57,373 bases of DNA from a virus (lineage: Duplodnaviria > Caudoviricetes): IMG/VR virus record IMGVR_UViG_3300027708_000084, positions 1-57,373 of that record; one strand, 5' to 3'. Below are positions 25,718 through 35,978 of the stretch, in pieces (position 1 is the stretch's first letter; the number at the start of each line of letters is the position of its first letter). The position numbers were made by a program, and so were the translations under genes. The notes beneath the pieces are model-generated. The model ran no database searches. It had not been told where the DNA came from and was given only the letters and a program-made list of their open reading frames with translations.

Positions 25718-25990
25718 ATGAAAATTAAAGAATTTACTTATACCAAGCCAAATGGCGATGTATCTCAACGTACTATAGTAGAGTTGGTCACTCCTACTGA
25801 ACACATTGAAGGTATTGATATTAGTGAATTGAGCATGGACTCTTACGCAGAGTTTGTTCAACAACTGAGTGAACTTGAAAAAGAAATCTATAACAAGCGT
25901 ACAGAGTTGTACAATCAATTTGACCTCAAACATAATTACAGAAGGTTTGTACCTAGTCGTATGACCAATGTAGTAACCGACTACGAATAA
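25718..25990 (+). CDS. hypothetical protein
   Basis: F.YTK.NG..S.R motif; own promoter at 25663-25691. Confidence 0.7.
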   Translation: MKIKEFTYTKPNGDVSQRTIVELVTPTEHIEGIDISELSMDSYAEFVQQLSELEKEIYNKRTELYNQFDLKHNYRRFVPSRMTNVVTDYE

Positions 25991-25999
25991 GGAAATAAA

Positions 26000-26359
26000 A
26001 TGGCATCAGCATGGACCGATGAATTGAAAGCGTCTGTTATTGAAAAATACGAGGGCGCAGAACCAACACCAGAAACATCAACAGAAATTATCAAAGATAT
26101 TGCAGAAGAAATCGAAATGTCTCCTAACGGAGTTCGTATGGTTCTTGTGCAAGCAGGTGTTTATGTTAAAAAAGAAGCAGGTACTTCTAGTACTAAAACA
26201 TCAACAAAGAAAGACGGCGACAAGCCAGCTCGTGTTAGCAAAGAAGATTCAATTGCAGCATTGCGTACAGCATTGATTGACGCTAACAAACCCGTTGATG
26301 AAGATATTTTGTCTAAATTAACAGGTAAAGCAGCAGTTTACTTTTTAAGCGTACTCTAA
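26000..26359 (+). CDS. T5 D3-like protein
   Basis: WTDELK...SPNGVRM.L..AGVYVKK; T5 synteny. Confidence 0.65.
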   Translation: MASAWTDELKASVIEKYEGAEPTPETSTEIIKDIAEEIEMSPNGVRMVLVQAGVYVKKEAGTSSTKTSTKKDGDKPARVSKEDSIAALRTALIDANKPVDEDILSKLTGKAAVYFLSVL

Positions 26360-26365
26360 TTATTT

Positions 26366-26390
26366 AAGGCGGCTTTGTGCCGCCTTTTTT
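26366..26390 (+). terminator. intrinsic terminator
   Basis: AAGGCGGC/GCCGCCTT stem plus T tract. Confidence 0.75.
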
Positions 26391-26405
26391 ATTTCAAGGA
26401 CTAAA

Positions 26406-27032
26406 ATGGCAACTAAAAAACGAAGCGAATTAGAACAAGAATTGATGACTGACGCTAATATTTTGCGAGTTATTGGATTGCTTGAGCCTAAAGATACTGC
26501 TACAAAACCTATTACTAAAAAAGATGCTTGCCAAATTTTAGGCATGGCATATAATACTACACGTCTTGCTACAATTATAGAAGAATTTAAACAAAAACGT
26601 GAACGTGATCAAAAACGCAGAGCAGAACTGCGGGGTAAACCAGCCACTAAAGACGAAATTTGCTATATTATTCAAGAGTATTTAGAAGGTAAACCAATTG
26701 ACTCTATTTCAAAGTCAACTTATCGTGGTACAACATTTATTAAATCAATTTTAGAAGATCACGCTGTACCAATTCGTGTGCCTGGGCATACTTACTTTAA
26801 CCCTCAACTGATTCCAGATGGAGCTGTTCGTGACAGATTTCAAATTGGTGAAGTAGTTTATTCAGCACGATATGATTCTACTGCTCGTATTGATGCAGAA
26901 CAAAAAACCGATAAACATGGGTATGTTTATCGTGTATGGCTGCTTGCTGACAACTGGAAACAAAGTGCCTATCAAGAAGCCACAGAACTTGCCTCGCTGC
27001 AACATTTGCGTGAAATTGGAGTACGTATATAA
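26406..27032 (+). CDS. hypothetical DNA-binding protein
   Basis: HTH-like TKKDACQILG. Confidence 0.7.
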   Translation: MATKKRSELEQELMTDANILRVIGLLEPKDTATKPITKKDACQILGMAYNTTRLATIIEEFKQKRERDQKRRAELRGKPATKDEICYIIQEYLEGKPIDSISKSTYRGTTFIKSILEDHAVPIRVPGHTYFNPQLIPDGAVRDRFQIGEVVYSARYDSTARIDAEQKTDKHGYVYRVWLLADNWKQSAYQEATELASLQHLREIGVRI

Positions 27033-27319
27033 TGGATGAAAATATTCACTATAACAAAACCATTGATGAAAACATGGACAAAGGCTTTCAGGTTCGATTA
27101 GTAGTCAATGAATTTAAAAACGTAGAATATATTCAGCTACGCAAGTATTTTTTAACCTATGAGGGTGATTGGCAAGCTAGTCGTGAAGGTATTTCAATCC
27201 CAGCAACTATTGAGAACATCTATGGATTATTAGACGGCCTTCTTGACATCTGCGCCAAAGCAGAAGGCGATGATATTATCAGACACTATGCTGCTAAAAT
27301 ATTGATTGAAGAAAATTAA
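27032..27319 (+). CDS. PC4/YdbC-like ssDNA-binding protein
   Basis: V.EFK..EYI.LRKY...G.W....GIS; T5 synteny. Confidence 0.75.
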   Translation: MDENIHYNKTIDENMDKGFQVRLVVNEFKNVEYIQLRKYFLTYEGDWQASREGISIPATIENIYGLLDGLLDICAKAEGDDIIRHYAAKILIEEN

Positions 27320-27374
27320 ACTTGTTTTGTTTATTTAATAATGGTATAATATTCTTTTAAAGAAAGGAATAATC

Positions 27375-28013
27375 ATGAAACCAACAATAGCAGTTTTTAT
27401 TCACGATCCTTGGTGCGAGACCGATTGCGGCTTAGCAATGGCAGATTATTTTAAAAAGTATTTTACTGTAAAAATCATAGACTTAGATCACATAAACTCA
27501 GAGTTTCTAAACACAGTAGATGTGTTAGCACTTCCTGGTGGCATGGGTGATGCGGATGATTTTCACAATGTTTTTAGTTCTGCACAAATTAAAACTGTGC
27601 AAGACTGGGTATCTAATGGCGGTAAATACTTAGGCATTTGCATGGGTGCTTACTGGGCTGGCCCAAACTACTTTAATTTGGTTGTAGATTTAGAGGTTGA
27701 GCAGTATATTGCACAACCAACCGCAGATATTACAACTGATGAACCAACATTTGCTAACATAACTTGGAATAATGTTCCATACAATATGTACTTCTATGAT
27801 GGTTGTGCTATTTTAGGTAATGATATGGAAGTTGTAGCTGAGTATGCAAATGGTGATGCTATGGCTGCTATTCAGGAAAATGTAGGCATGATAGGTTGTC
27901 ATCCTGAAAGTGCAGAGTGGTGGTTTACTAGTGTTGATATGGATGCCTCACTGTTTGACCCACAACATGGTGAATTAATGTGTAATTTTGTACAAAGGTT
28001 AATAAACAAATGA
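27375..28013 (+). CDS. BPL-N / class I glutamine amidotransferase-like protein
   Basis: PGG, GGKYLGICMGAY, HPE triad; promoter at 27322-27350. Confidence 0.75.
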   Translation: MKPTIAVFIHDPWCETDCGLAMADYFKKYFTVKIIDLDHINSEFLNTVDVLALPGGMGDADDFHNVFSSAQIKTVQDWVSNGGKYLGICMGAYWAGPNYFNLVVDLEVEQYIAQPTADITTDEPTFANITWNNVPYNMYFYDGCAILGNDMEVVAEYANGDAMAAIQENVGMIGCHPESAEWWFTSVDMDASLFDPQHGELMCNFVQRLINK

Positions 28014-28960
28014 CCAAGATTGAACAGTTTTTAGATTCCGCTTCAAAAGCTTATTATGCTGGTAGTCCTATTATTAGTGATGAACAGTTTGATAAGTTAG
28101 CGGATTCTATTGGCTATAATAAAGTAGGCTCAAAGCAGCATGAAAACAAGGAAAAACACTTATACCCAATGTACAGTCTTCAAAAATACTACGAAGACGA
28201 GGGAGTAAAACCGCTTGAAGGCATCAAAGATTTATCTTATAGTGTTAAACTTGATGGTGCTGCGGTTAGTTTACTTTACATAGATGGGCATTTAACCCGA
28301 GCACTAACTCGTGGCGATGGCACAGAAGGTCAGCTTATCACAGATAAGCTATTAGCCACTAAATTAGTGCCACTTGAAATCCCCTATAAGGGAGTAATCC
28401 AAATTACTGGAGAAATAGTAGCACCGATTAATATTGAAAATAGTCGTAACTATGCTGCTGGTTCACTAAATTTAAAAGATTTAAACGAATTTAAAACTCG
28501 TGCTCTTAGCTTTTTTGCCTATGGTGTTCAACCATGCCTACGCGATACTTTTGACCAAGACATGGCAGAATTAAAATCTTATGGTTTTGGTGTAATCAAG
28601 GAAAATGATTTAGATAAAATATTTCCTTGTGATGGTATTGTATTTCGTGTAAATAATAATAAACAATTTTACGAACTAGGATACACAGCCAAACACCCAA
28701 AAGGTGCTTTTGCTAAAAAGGAAAGAGCTGCTCATGTAGAAACTAAACTATTAGATGTTGAGTGGCAAGTAGGAAAAAGCGGAAAAGTAACCCCAGTTGC
28801 AATCTTAGAACCAGTTTATATTGGTGATGCACTTGTAAGTAGAGCTACACTAAACAACCCAGGTTTTATAGAATCACTAGACCTTCGTATAGGTGACACA
28901 GTTGCAGTGATTAGGTCTGGAGAAATTATTCCTTGTATTTTACATAAAGTAGATGCTTAA
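28010..28960 (+). CDS. ligA: NAD-dependent DNA ligase, subunit A
   Basis: KLDG, TRGDG, GE, DG.V, OB-fold RATL.N. Confidence 0.9.
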   Translation: MTKIEQFLDSASKAYYAGSPIISDEQFDKLADSIGYNKVGSKQHENKEKHLYPMYSLQKYYEDEGVKPLEGIKDLSYSVKLDGAAVSLLYIDGHLTRALTRGDGTEGQLITDKLLATKLVPLEIPYKGVIQITGEIVAPINIENSRNYAAGSLNLKDLNEFKTRALSFFAYGVQPCLRDTFDQDMAELKSYGFGVIKENDLDKIFPCDGIVFRVNNNKQFYELGYTAKHPKGAFAKKERAAHVETKLLDVEWQVGKSGKVTPVAILEPVYIGDALVSRATLNNPGFIESLDLRIGDTVAVIRSGEIIPCILHKVDA

Positions 28961-29031
28961 GGCATAAGAAATTTTGACTTGTTAAATGTTCCTAAAATCA
29001 GTATAATATATATTCAAATTGATGAGAAACC

Positions 29032-29787
29032 ATGAAAATTGAAATACCTGTAAACTGTCCTTGCTGTTCGTATACACTTGAGATGATTAACGATCAACTC
29101 TTTTGTAGAAACACGGCTTGTGATGCACAGCTTACCAAAAAAGTTGAGCATTTCTGCAAGACTTTGGGTATCAAAGGCATGGGTGCTAAAACTATTGACA
29201 AATTAGGTTTGGCTGATATTACAGAGATTTTTTACTTAGATGAAGATCAAGTATCTAGTGCTCTGTCAAGTAAAGTATTAGCCACAAAATTAATCAATGA
29301 AATAGAAAAAGCCAAACAAGTTGATTTAGCCACAATTATTACATCATTTTCTATACCATTAGTAGGCAATACTGCCTCTAAAAAGATTTGTGCAGCCATC
29401 AATAATATTGATGAAATTACCTATGACAAATGTCGTGAGGCAGGTTTAGGCGATAAAGTTTCACAAAATCTAGTATCATGGTTAGAATCTGAGTTTCTAG
29501 AAGTAAGAGAATTCCTACCCTTCTCTTTTACTTCAGTAAAAGTCCAATTACAGAGTGGCGGAAAGTCCGTCTGTATTACTGGAAAACTATCTTCTTATAA
29601 GACAAAATCAGAAGCCTACAAAGCATTAGAAGAGGCAGGTTTCAAAGTTACGGAAACAGTAACGAAATCTACTGATTATCTTGTTGATGAAGATAGTAAG
29701 GGAAGCGCAAAACGTAAAAAAGCCGATGAACTCGGTATTACAATTATCCAAAACCTAAACACTTTCTTGAAAGAAAAACAAAAATGA
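29032..29787 (+). CDS. ligB: NAD-dependent DNA ligase, subunit B (Zn, HhH, BRCT)
   Basis: CP.C...C.N..C, IKGMG, C-terminal BRCT; promoter at 28979-29007. Confidence 0.88.
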   Translation: MKIEIPVNCPCCSYTLEMINDQLFCRNTACDAQLTKKVEHFCKTLGIKGMGAKTIDKLGLADITEIFYLDEDQVSSALSSKVLATKLINEIEKAKQVDLATIITSFSIPLVGNTASKKICAAINNIDEITYDKCREAGLGDKVSQNLVSWLESEFLEVREFLPFSFTSVKVQLQSGGKSVCITGKLSSYKTKSEAYKALEEAGFKVTETVTKSTDYLVDEDSKGSAKRKKADELGITIIQNLNTFLKEKQK

Positions 29788-30530
29788 CAGAAAAAGCTAA
29801 AAAATGGAGTGACGACGCCGTTGACCAAATGTTGAAAATCGTTAATGGTGAAAGTCCCGTATCAGTTGGCAAAGTTGAAACCGTTGCAGAAATCCTTGGT
29901 TTTACAACACGATCAGTTGCCAGCAAATTGCGTCAAATGGACTTTGAAGTTGCTTCTATGGCTAAAGAAAAAACCAGCACATTTACAGCTGAAGAAGGCG
30001 AAGCTCTTGCCAAGTATGTAAAAGCTCACGCAGGCGAACTTACATACAAAGACATTGCCAGTAATTTTGCAAATGGACAATTCTCCGCAAAAGAAATCCA
30101 AGGCAAACTATTGGCTTTGGAATTGACTGGTTCAGTTAAGCCAGCCGAAAAAGTTGAAGCAGCTCGTAGCTATACAGAAGCTGAAGAAACTACATTTATC
30201 AAAATGGCTGAAAGCGGTGCTTACATTGAAGAAATCGCTGCTAAACTTGGTAAGGAAATTGCCAGTGTTCGTGGTAAAGCACTCAGTTTGACACGCAAAG
30301 GTCAAATCAGCAAGATTCCCGCACAACGTGAATCACACGCTAAAGAGTCAGTTGATCCAGTAGCCGCACTAGGCTCTGCAATTACAACTATGACTGTTGC
30401 TGAGATCGCTAAAGCTGTTGATAAAACAGAACGTGGTCTTCGTACTTTGCTTACCCGTCGTGGTATCAAAGTTGTAGACTATGATGGCGCTGCCAAAAAA
30501 GCTAAAGCAGAAGCTAAAGCCGCTGCTTAA
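29784..30530 (+). CDS. T5 D5-like DNA-binding transcription regulator
   Basis: Repeated HTH-like units; TLLTRRGI..DYDG; synteny. Confidence 0.8.
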   Translation: MTEKAKKWSDDAVDQMLKIVNGESPVSVGKVETVAEILGFTTRSVASKLRQMDFEVASMAKEKTSTFTAEEGEALAKYVKAHAGELTYKDIASNFANGQFSAKEIQGKLLALELTGSVKPAEKVEAARSYTEAEETTFIKMAESGAYIEEIAAKLGKEIASVRGKALSLTRKGQISKIPAQRESHAKESVDPVAALGSAITTMTVAEIAKAVDKTERGLRTLLTRRGIKVVDYDGAAKKAKAEAKAAA

Positions 30531-30547
30531 TATAGTTTAAACCATGT

Positions 30548-30581
30548 AGCCCAAGAGTCTATAATAACTCTTGGGCTTTTT
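30548..30581 (+). terminator. intrinsic terminator
   Basis: AGCCCAAGAG/CTCTTGGGCT stem plus T tract. Confidence 0.75.
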
Positions 30582-30598
30582 ACTTTGGAGATCAGTAA

Positions 30599-30898
30599 GT
30601 GAAAGTAAAAATTACATACCACGATAACGAGTCGTTTACTGTTGAAGAAGTAGTAAAACAAGCAGTCCATAATTATGGTAAAATGGCGCAAGTAGAAGTA
30701 ATGCCTGAGTCAACAATGGCATACGATTACTTGTACTTTGGATTGCAACAGTTAATTACTCATGAGCAGTTGAGTATGCTTTTTGATAAAGATCCTACAT
30801 ATCAAAAAGAATTAAAAAAATTAAGAGAGCAAGTTCTTTATAAAGTAACTGAAATTATAGATCAAGTCATTATTGATAATGAAGCTAAGGTAAGTTAA
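30599..30898 (+). CDS. hypothetical protein
   Basis: GTG start after GGAG. Confidence 0.7.
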   Translation: MKVKITYHDNESFTVEEVVKQAVHNYGKMAQVEVMPESTMAYDYLYFGLQQLITHEQLSMLFDKDPTYQKELKKLREQVLYKVTEIIDQVIIDNEAKVS

Positions 30899-30899
30899 T

Positions 30900-32291
30900 A
30901 TGGATGTTTCAGCCGTTGTTCTAAATAAGCTACTTAGCGAGCAAAGCCTAGATATATGGGCAAAGCTAAAGCTTGTGTTTTTAGACCCGGCCTACTCAAG
31001 CATATATTCGATTGTTAATAAGCATTACGAGAAGTACAATAAACTTCCTAGCTTTGATGATCTTGAGCTTACCCTTAGAGAAGGTCCGTCAGCAAAAACA
31101 CTGGCAACTTTAAAGTTAACAGAAGTTCCAGAAGTATCAGCAGAAATAGCGTTAGACGCTCTCATAGACCACTATACTCAAAACGAAACAATAAAATTAT
31201 TAGATAAATTTGTAGATAAGTTACCACTCTACGACTCTAATGAAATCAAAGAAAATTTATCTTCAATTGCACTAACTATTGAAGAAAAAACGCATACTAG
31301 TGAAAAAGTATTCACTATGTCAGATATGCTATTATTTCAACACCCCGAGGACCTTGCCAAAGAACGTGTGTTTTTGGGTCTTAACAATACTTTTGATGCA
31401 GTATTGGGTGGTGTTGCACGTCAAGAATTAATACTAATAGGCGGTAAGCGTGGTTCTGGTAAATCTATTACCAGTTCAAATATTTTTGTTAATCAATATG
31501 AGATGGGCAACAGTTGCCTGTACTTTAGTATTGAAATGACTGCGCAAGAAACAAACCAAAGAAACTTGGCTATCTTGGCCAACGTTGACTTACAAAATTT
31601 AAAACAAAATAAACTAACAGATGACGAAGTACTACGAATAGTAAAAGCCAGAGCAGGAATGTTTGAAAGCGCAGATGAATTAGTTTCCGATTATCTGCGC
31701 CATCGAGACAGATTTAAGTTTGAAGAAACATTAGTTAGAAACTTTGCTCTTAAACCAGAAAATCAGATGGTTATTGTTGATGACAGAGACTTAACTCTTG
31801 GAAATATTGACTTACACATAGGCAAAATGAAAGCTAGATTTGGAGATAAACTAGCGGTTGTAGTAGTAGATTATATAAATCAAATTAAAATTGAAGGTAG
31901 TTCACAGTATGATTGGCAACCACAAATTGAAGTGTCCAAAAAGCTTAAAAATCTTGCACGCAAATACGAAGTGGTCGTGGTCTCACCATATCAAATTGAT
32001 GCTAGCGGTGAAGCTCGCTTTGCAAAAGGACTACTTGATGCCGCAGACATTGCACTTGTTATGGAAGCCCATGATAAAGATCAACAAGCAATATCCTTTG
32101 AAACCACTAAAATTCGTGGTGGCAAAGAAATGGCCTTTACCTGTCCCATTAATTGGGATACCTTACGCATCTCGCCACAGTCTCTTGACAAACCTGCAAG
32201 TAAAGAAATTATTAAAAAAGCTGGATCGTCTAAAAAGTCAACAGACTCCGTAAAAGATGAACAATCCAGTGACTTACCTTGGAACGCATAA
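30900..32291 (+). CDS. replicative DnaB-like helicase (T5 D6)
   Basis: GKRGSGKS, FSIEM, VVVDY, SPYQ. Confidence 0.9.
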   Translation: MDVSAVVLNKLLSEQSLDIWAKLKLVFLDPAYSSIYSIVNKHYEKYNKLPSFDDLELTLREGPSAKTLATLKLTEVPEVSAEIALDALIDHYTQNETIKLLDKFVDKLPLYDSNEIKENLSSIALTIEEKTHTSEKVFTMSDMLLFQHPEDLAKERVFLGLNNTFDAVLGGVARQELILIGGKRGSGKSITSSNIFVNQYEMGNSCLYFSIEMTAQETNQRNLAILANVDLQNLKQNKLTDDEVLRIVKARAGMFESADELVSDYLRHRDRFKFEETLVRNFALKPENQMVIVDDRDLTLGNIDLHIGKMKARFGDKLAVVVVDYINQIKIEGSSQYDWQPQIEVSKKLKNLARKYEVVVVSPYQIDASGEARFAKGLLDAADIALVMEAHDKDQQAISFETTKIRGGKEMAFTCPINWDTLRISPQSLDKPASKEIIKKAGSSKKSTDSVKDEQSSDLPWNA

Positions 32292-33145
32292 TGAGTGATC
32301 CAGTACTAGAACTAATACAAAAGAATAACTTAGCTTTTACAGTGAGTGGCCGAGACTACCTAATTGGTTGTTTAAATCCAGAACATCCAGATAGTAATCC
32401 TAGTTTTCGTGTAGATAGGATTAGTGGTGTAGCACACTGTTTTGCTTGTGGATTTAAAACTAACATATTTAAATATTATGGAGTTTTTACTAATCCTGTA
32501 CCAATCAAGATAGCAAAACTAAAAGAAAAACTACAGGAAATAAAAGCGTATTCAGGCAACTTAGAAATACCTTCAGGCGCTACTCCCTATACTAAACCTT
32601 TTAGAGGAATATCTGTAAAAACACTACAACACTTTAATGCTTTCTACACACATCAAGTTGAAAAACTAGTAGACAGAATTATATTTCCAATTACAGATGT
32701 AACTGGTAGAACCGTAGTTTATGTTGGTAGACATACCTTAAGTAATGGTAATCCAAGGTATCTTAATTACCCTAGTGGTGTTCAGATTCCGCTATTTCCT
32801 GCACAATTACCCTCAGCTGGAAAAAGTTTAGTAATTGTAGAAGGCATATTTGATATGCTTAACTTGTACGATAAAGGTTTAACAAATGTAACTTGTGCCT
32901 TTGGTACTAACACACTACAAAATAACACAGTACAAAAACTACTGCCGTTTAAGGCTCAGGGCGTAACACACATCTATCTTATGTTTGATGGTGATGAAGC
33001 TGGAGAAAAAGCAATGTTTACTCTAAAACCCATAATAGAAGAATGTGGTTTTATAGTTGAAAATATTGTACTACCTGATGGCAGTGACCCTGGTGAACTA
33101 TCTGAAGAAGATGTAAAATCCACCATAGAATATATTAAAAAATAA
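32291..33145 (+). CDS. DNA primase
   Basis: C...H...PS......HCFACG zinc motif; EG.FD; DGD.AG TOPRIM. Confidence 0.9.
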   Translation: MSDPVLELIQKNNLAFTVSGRDYLIGCLNPEHPDSNPSFRVDRISGVAHCFACGFKTNIFKYYGVFTNPVPIKIAKLKEKLQEIKAYSGNLEIPSGATPYTKPFRGISVKTLQHFNAFYTHQVEKLVDRIIFPITDVTGRTVVYVGRHTLSNGNPRYLNYPSGVQIPLFPAQLPSAGKSLVIVEGIFDMLNLYDKGLTNVTCAFGTNTLQNNTVQKLLPFKAQGVTHIYLMFDGDEAGEKAMFTLKPIIEECGFIVENIVLPDGSDPGELSEEDVKSTIEYIKK

Positions 33146-33196
33146 ACTTGAATTGTTAGCCCAAATACGCTATAATAAAGTATTACAAGGAAAATT

Positions 33197-35479
33197 ATGA
33201 CAAAAATTGCACTCATTGATAAAGCACCCAATAAAACTAGATATTCAGAGTATTTTGAGTTTGAGTTTGACCACTATCATATGTCAAGCAAACCCATAAC
33301 AAAACTGTTGAAAAAAGACGTAGATCTTGAAGTAGACTTAAGCGAGTACAATTTTGTTATCTTGGTAGGGTCAGAAGCTGCCAAAGAGTACGCTAAAATT
33401 ACGTCGGTAACAAACATGGCTGGACAGCTTGTTAATGATAAATTTATTGCTATTTCAAATCCCAGTATGCTGTCGTTTAAACCTGAAGGTAAGCCAGACT
33501 TTCAACGTGCTTGTGATAGAATTCACAAGTACATTAAAGGCGATATTAAACCTACAGTTAGCGGAGATTATTCTGGTATTAATAGTACCAAGGAAGCCAA
33601 AGCTTATTTAGAAGAAATTATTGCTAATGCAAGTGGTTATGTGGCTTGGGACACAGAAACAACAGCACTTTATCCCAGAGATGGTTATGTTTTAGGTGTA
33701 TCTTTAACCTACAAAACTCATCAAGGCAGATATATCTCCACAGATTGCCTTGATGAAGAGTGCATGGAGTTGCTGAACACTATTGCTCGTGATTTTATAA
33801 CTGTGTTTCACAACATGAAATTTGACTACAAGATGATTAAGTATCATCTTGGAATTGAGTTTGATCGTAGCAGAGTTCATGACACTATGTTGTTACACTA
33901 CGTACTTGATGAAAATGATACACACGGCTTAAAGCCACTAGCACTTAAGTACACAGATTATGGTGACTATGACAGTGAACTAGATTCTTTTAAAAAGGAT
34001 TATTGTAACACGCACGGTATGCTACAAGATGACTTTAGCTATGACTTGATTCCTTTTGACATTATTTCACAATACGCTAGTATTGATACTGCTGTTACTT
34101 TTGACTTGTTTAACAAGTTTTGGCCTATTGTACAAAAGAATGACAAATTTAGATCAGTATATGAAAATTTACTAGTTAAAGGCACACTATTCTTAATGGA
34201 CATGGAAGAAGTAGGTATTCCTATTAGCCGTGAACGCATGGAAGCTGCAAACACTTACTTAAATGAAAAGATTCAAGAAGCAAAAGAAACTATTTATACC
34301 TTTGATGAAGTAAAACAGTTTGAGCAAGACCAAGGCAAAATCTTTAACCCTAACTCTGTACTTCAACTAAGAACAATCTTATTTGACTACCTTAAATTAA
34401 AGCATACTGGTAAGAAGACTGCAACTGGTGCAATTTCCACTGATGCAGAAGTGCTTGAAGAACTTAGCGAACAACACCGCTTACCTGCAGCTATTCTAAA
34501 TGTACGTAAACTGGGCAAAATTCAGAATACTTATATACAAAAAATTCTTCCAGAATTGGACAAAGATGATAGAATTCGTACTAACTTTAACCTTATTTTT
34601 ACCACATCTGGCAGGTTGTCTAGTAGCGGTAAGTTTAATGCCCAGCAGATACCGCGAGATGATCCAATTATTAAAGGATGCATCCGAGCTCCACTTGGCT
34701 ATAAAATTGTAAGCCAAGACTTGGCTACAGCAGAAATGTATTACGCTGCTGTGTTAAGTGGCGACACAAACTTGCAGCAAGTTTTTATTAGCAAAGGTGA
34801 TTTTCACTCAACTATTGCTAAAATGGTGTTTGATTTAGTTTGTCAAGTAGAAGATGTTAAAAAACTATTTGGCGATAAGCGTCAAAGTGCTAAAGCAATT
34901 TCTTTTGGAATTTTATATGGTAGTGGACCACAAAAAGTATCAGACACGGTATCAAAAGCAACAGGAGAAACCTATGGCGTTGACAGGGCTAAAGAAGATA
35001 TTAAAAGTTATTTTACAAAATTTAGTGGACTTAAAACTTGGCTTAATTCTCGCAAAGAGTTTATTCAAGAAAACGGCTATACTTATAGTTTTTTTGGTCG
35101 CAAGCGCAGGCTGCCTAATGTGTTTAGCACAGACAAAGGTATTGCCGCCCACGAAGTTAGGTCAGGCATCAATTCGGAGATCCAATCTATTGCTAGTGAT
35201 ATAAACTTATTGGCTGCAATAGACACTGCCAATGAAATATCTGCTAAAGGTTTAGATGCTAAAATATTTATGCTTGTACATGACTCTATTGTTGCACTAG
35301 TAAAAGACGAGTGTGTAGAAGAATACTGTGAAATCTTAAAACGTAACACACAAAAAGATCGTGGTTGCTCTATAAAAGGCTGCCCTATTGGAGTAGATCA
35401 AGATATTGGTCAAGATTACTCCTTTGATAAGTTTGAAGGATACTATGAACTTAGAGAAAATAGTTTGGCCCGTATTTAG
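33197..35479 (+). CDS. pol: DNA polymerase, family A (T5-type)
   Basis: DTET exonuclease, HN.KFD, GRLSS, RQSAKAISFGILYG (Phe at the 762-equivalent), VHDS; promoter at 33148-33176. Confidence 0.95.
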   Translation: MTKIALIDKAPNKTRYSEYFEFEFDHYHMSSKPITKLLKKDVDLEVDLSEYNFVILVGSEAAKEYAKITSVTNMAGQLVNDKFIAISNPSMLSFKPEGKPDFQRACDRIHKYIKGDIKPTVSGDYSGINSTKEAKAYLEEIIANASGYVAWDTETTALYPRDGYVLGVSLTYKTHQGRYISTDCLDEECMELLNTIARDFITVFHNMKFDYKMIKYHLGIEFDRSRVHDTMLLHYVLDENDTHGLKPLALKYTDYGDYDSELDSFKKDYCNTHGMLQDDFSYDLIPFDIISQYASIDTAVTFDLFNKFWPIVQKNDKFRSVYENLLVKGTLFLMDMEEVGIPISRERMEAANTYLNEKIQEAKETIYTFDEVKQFEQDQGKIFNPNSVLQLRTILFDYLKLKHTGKKTATGAISTDAEVLEELSEQHRLPAAILNVRKLGKIQNTYIQKILPELDKDDRIRTNFNLIFTTSGRLSSSGKFNAQQIPRDDPIIKGCIRAPLGYKIVSQDLATAEMYYAAVLSGDTNLQQVFISKGDFHSTIAKMVFDLVCQVEDVKKLFGDKRQSAKAISFGILYGSGPQKVSDTVSKATGETYGVDRAKEDIKSYFTKFSGLKTWLNSRKEFIQENGYTYSFFGRKRRLPNVFSTDKGIAAHEVRSGINSEIQSIASDINLLAAIDTANEISAKGLDAKIFMLVHDSIVALVKDECVEEYCEILKRNTQKDRGCSIKGCPIGVDQDIGQDYSFDKFEGYYELRENSLARI

Positions 35480-35978
35480 ACTAGGTGAAAAAACTCCGCA
35501 AACAGAAGACGGTGTAACGTACTATGCTACTGAGTATGAAGATTTAGATACCAATGAGCATAGTGCAGTTATGCGGATAGTTGATGATAAAAGCATAAAT
35601 AAAGAAACCCTAAGTCGCAGAAGGCTACAATTATTGGTTGAAGGCGTAAAGCTTTTTCCTATTAATAAAGCAGTGTATTTTCTAGGTGATTTGCTAAAAT
35701 TAGCTAAAAATACTACTTGGTTTATTGACAGCCATGGAACGGTATTTCAGTATAAAAAGACTCGGCGAGTTAAATTGTTAGTGCAAGAAATAACTAAAGT
35801 TTTACCAACTAACGGCTTAGGTGCAGTTATAGAACTTAAAAATATACCACAAAGATTTAAAACTGCTTTTAAACCAAATGATGATGATACTTACGCTGCT
35901 GTACTATATTCAAACCATTGTTATATATTATATGGTTTGTACAAAGACAAACCAAAAGAAAGTTGGAGATTAATTTAA
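35445..35978 (+). CDS. T5-like hypothetical protein between pol and D10
   Basis: Synteny; WFIDS.G..F.YKK. Confidence 0.7.
   Translation: MNLEKIVWPVFRLGEKTPQTEDGVTYYATEYEDLDTNEHSAVMRIVDDKSINKETLSRRRLQLLVEGVKLFPINKAVYFLGDLLKLAKNTTWFIDSHGTVFQYKKTRRVKLLVQEITKVLPTNGLGAVIELKNIPQRFKTAFKPNDDDTYAAVLYSNHCYILYGLYKDKPKESWRLI

Noticed and set aside
28010-29787. Split ligase as a pseudogene or novelty
   Set aside because: A two-subunit NAD ligase is normal for T5-like phages, and subunit B has its own promoter
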